This document shows positions 61,238-64,000 of a DNA stretch of 64,000 nucleotides, one piece after another. How positions within the stretch are numbered: the stretch's first letter is position 1; every line of letters begins with the position of its first letter. This DNA comes from Saccostrea cucullata (Eukaryota). The notes beneath the pieces were generated by a model. The model was not told the DNA's origin and did not search any database. It worked only from the letters and a program-made list of their open reading frames with translations. Made by a program: the position numbers and the translations under genes. The stretch spans positions 1 through 64,000 of the forward strand of contig NW_026923580.1 of the NCBI RefSeq assembly GCF_032062105.1, read 5' to 3'.

Positions 61238-62289
61238 GAAGTGAAAGTAGCTCTTCTCTAATTTTCCACTTCAGTGATTACAACAATAAAAGTTAACTCT
61301 TCCCAAATTGAGTCGGATAGCACGTTCACGAAATGTCTATTCTTCTACATGAAACACATTTAGCATTCATTTCAGCCGTCATTTAAACCAATATGCTCAA
61401 TTTGGAAAAATGAAAATGAAGAGGTTTAAGGAAAACAATGCAAACGTGATGCTCCTATATTCGAATTTTGGTTACATTTCGTTATCCATTTAAATACAGT
61501 GAATTAAGTCGCCAATTCCGGGTCACGTCAGGGTGTTTGGTTGATATTTTGCAAATCTGTTCAATTTACATTTTATGCAATATATGTATTGAAAGAACAA
61601 ATAGTGAGTCATCCAAACACCTTTTCGATTTCAAAGTAGCTACACGGAAACAATATTTACATGGGTATTGCAGCAAGGCCTAGCTTCCCCAGTTACGAAT
61701 TCATTTTCTCCATTTCCGGGTCATGTGACTTCACGGTCGTGTAATATTCCTGGAATGTTTCGGAACACGATTTTTATGATGTTAAAATATAAAACAATTC
61801 ATGTAGCTTGGAAAAAAGTAAAACAACCACAGAAATATGTTTAAAAATTTTTTAAAACAATTACAAAAAAAAAAAAAAAAAAACGAATTGAAGTAAATAA
61901 GAATTAAAAAAAATGCATTAGGATTAAAAATAATACAATAAAATTCATTTATCAAAAAATGCATTTGAAGGGTTAACTCGATTTTATTTTTTAGAGAAAA
62001 TATTTTCCAGGTAGAATACTTTGGATAATCAAGGTAAATACATGGTTGTCGATTGGTTTTGCACATAGAATTTTGACATGTTCATGCCACGAGATTGCGT
62101 GACCCGCAATTGGAGAAACTACTACAGTTTGATTTAATAATCATTATAATTTTATTTGAGCAGCGATCATTATGACTGATTTCTGAGTTAAAACTAAATG
62201 CATTTGCCATACTTTCGAGCTCTTATTATTTATCTAGAACTTTTATATCAGCCTTTCTGCAGCGAACAAAAACGAAAGCAGCTAGCCTG

Positions 62290-62916
62290 TCACCGCAGAT
62301 TTGCAGATTTACGAGGGAAGTGAGTTAACAGATATTTAAAGAGAACATTTAAATCATTATATTGTAAATTTGAAATTCCAATATTTCCTAGAAAGTCCTG
62401 TCTACAGAATTTATATAGATCACATTTAAAAAGAAAGTGAAGTTCATCCTCTACTTCGTTCAAATCACAGAGATTACATATTCTATCTGGAATTGGCTCT
62501 CCGCGGTAGCGACCAGTCTCGATACGCAGAGGGAGCACCCCGCACCGGAATTGCGCCATTGTAGACCTAACTGGTTTCGGCAAGTCCATAGCAACGTATT
62601 GTTCAAGACCGTATTCTTCCCTAATAATGCAGTACGTCCGTAATTTTGCTGATTTTTGAATATCCGATTGCCATTTGGATTGTTGATTTGAAATCTGTTT
62701 CTGAATAAAAATATGGGTATTGCAAAACTGCATGTTCTGAAAAATGTGGTTTAAATCTGTGTTTTCAAAGAGAATTTTCATATGATGATACCAGCTTCGG
62801 GAATTATTTTCATTACAAGACGCCATAAATATTTTCTTTGTAATCCTATCGTCATCCATGAGGATCAGTTTATTCCATAGTCGCACCATGTTAGTTTTGT
62901 GTCGTTTTTTAAACAA
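62290..62916 (-). mobile_element. 5'-truncated LINE, ORF2 C-terminal zinc-knuckle region
   Basis: KLRTY...MAQFRCGVLPLRIETGRY...RICNLC...VEDELHFLFKC, a typical non-LTR retrotransposon C-terminus. Confidence 0.85.
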
Positions 62917-63179
62917 TATTTATTCAGTAAACTGAATAGATTGGGCAACAGGCTTAAGCCTATAGATACCCTCTCTATACAACAGGTCAAGGTTACAATA
63001 CAATGAACAGAGTATATATTAACAATGCATATTTAGATATGAGTGCTCACATACGCATTCACACACACCCTCACACACGCAACCACACCCTGACTCGCAC
63101 AGATCCAGATCAAAATAAGCATAACAAATATAAACATGTATAAAATGACAAAAATGCATATAAAAAAAGAAGAATACGC

Positions 63180-63679
63180 TTATAAACGTTTTGTTAACTT
63201 GATATATTCATGTACATTTTTTATAATATTGAGGTTCGTTTGGAACGAATACTCTGAACTCCCTTGTAAAAGAATTTTTAGATCATAAGGTACATCAAGC
63301 TCATTGAAGTTTTTTCTTAGTTTGTTTCTTTGAATGCTATATGCTGGACAATCCATAAAAAAGTGTTCATTATCTTCTGTATGGTAATTACACTTCGGAC
63401 AAGATGCATCGGCTATTATATAATGATTTTTTAGGTGTGCATTAAGATTACTAGCTTTATTACGTAGTTGACAGTGAAGTATATTCTCATTTCTGCTACC
63501 ATAGTTGAAGTATTTACAACTGCTAAAAGGTTGGTTTATTTTTGACTTGAAAATTGATAAAGAAGGTGACATTCTCACATCAGAACTAAGATTATTCCAC
63601 AGTTTTATGGTTGAAGGAATAAAACTTTCATAGTATGATACAGTTCGACATAATGGTAAAGAAAGATTATTACCATCTG
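63180..63679 (-). mobile_element. 5'-truncated CR1-like LINE ORF2 C-terminus
   Basis: SFIPSTIKLWNNL...ILHCQLRNKASNLNAHL...CPKC...EDNEHFFMDCPAY. Confidence 0.85.
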
Positions 63680-64000
63680 GGGCTCGTAACATAAAGCTTG
63701 CTAAGTTTTTGACTTAAGTAGGGTCGTAAGTACGTTTTAGGCACAATCTTAGGACCTGTCTAAGTACTACTTAAGTATGTCTTAAACCGTAACATAAAGC
63801 GAACTAAGCGAGGTCTTAGCTAAGTCAAACTTATGTTAAAAATATTTCATATGAGTCAACCAATGGTTTTTGATTTTATAAAGATATATTGCTAAAAGTT
63901 ATTCAGTTAGGGTTTTAATTAATTACATATTAAAGTTGACGCATACCATTATCCCATACTACATCAGCATATTCAAGGACCGGTCTAATGAACGCTAGAT
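63679..64000. mobile_element. Left end of a TIR element (PIF/Harbinger-like) interrupting the LINE
   Basis: Starts ggggctcgtaacataaagc with many cttaag/ctaag subrepeats. The right end is not in the window. Confidence 0.5.

Overview
AT-rich, intron-rich eukaryotic DNA. The gene families and repeat types suggest a bivalve mollusc, probably an oyster (inference). The ORF track is mostly noise, so I rebuilt genes by hand from GT-AG sites and reading-frame phase. Eight protein-coding genes were recovered: (1) a secreted CBM14/peritrophin-A chitin-binding protein (-), running off the left edge, with an in-frame TGA exactly at a conserved Cys; (2) a universal stress protein (+); (3) a 120-aa secreted 6-Cys protein (-); (4) a 14-exon TPR protein (-); (5) GTF3C6 (+); (6) a 369-aa protein of unknown family encoded in one exon (-); (7) a 940-aa BTB-BACK-Kelch protein with a His/Cys-rich N-terminal extension (-); (8) a rolling-stone/AIG1-like membrane protein (-). 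There is also a histone H3 fragment, a 150-N gap and many mobile elements: Penelope-like RT relics, LINE 3' ends, Helentron-associated/pearl-type elements, and TIR elements with TTAA, 6-bp and 9-bp target-site duplications, some nested. I cannot demonstrate a new multi-gene system. The best leads are the Cys-to-TGA codon, the His/Cys-rich Kelch protein, the small secreted Cys-rich protein, a UCA-loop tRNA-like sequence inside a transposon, and an H3 fragment joined to a duplicated GTF3C6 3' region. All coordinates are hand-counted and no database search was run.
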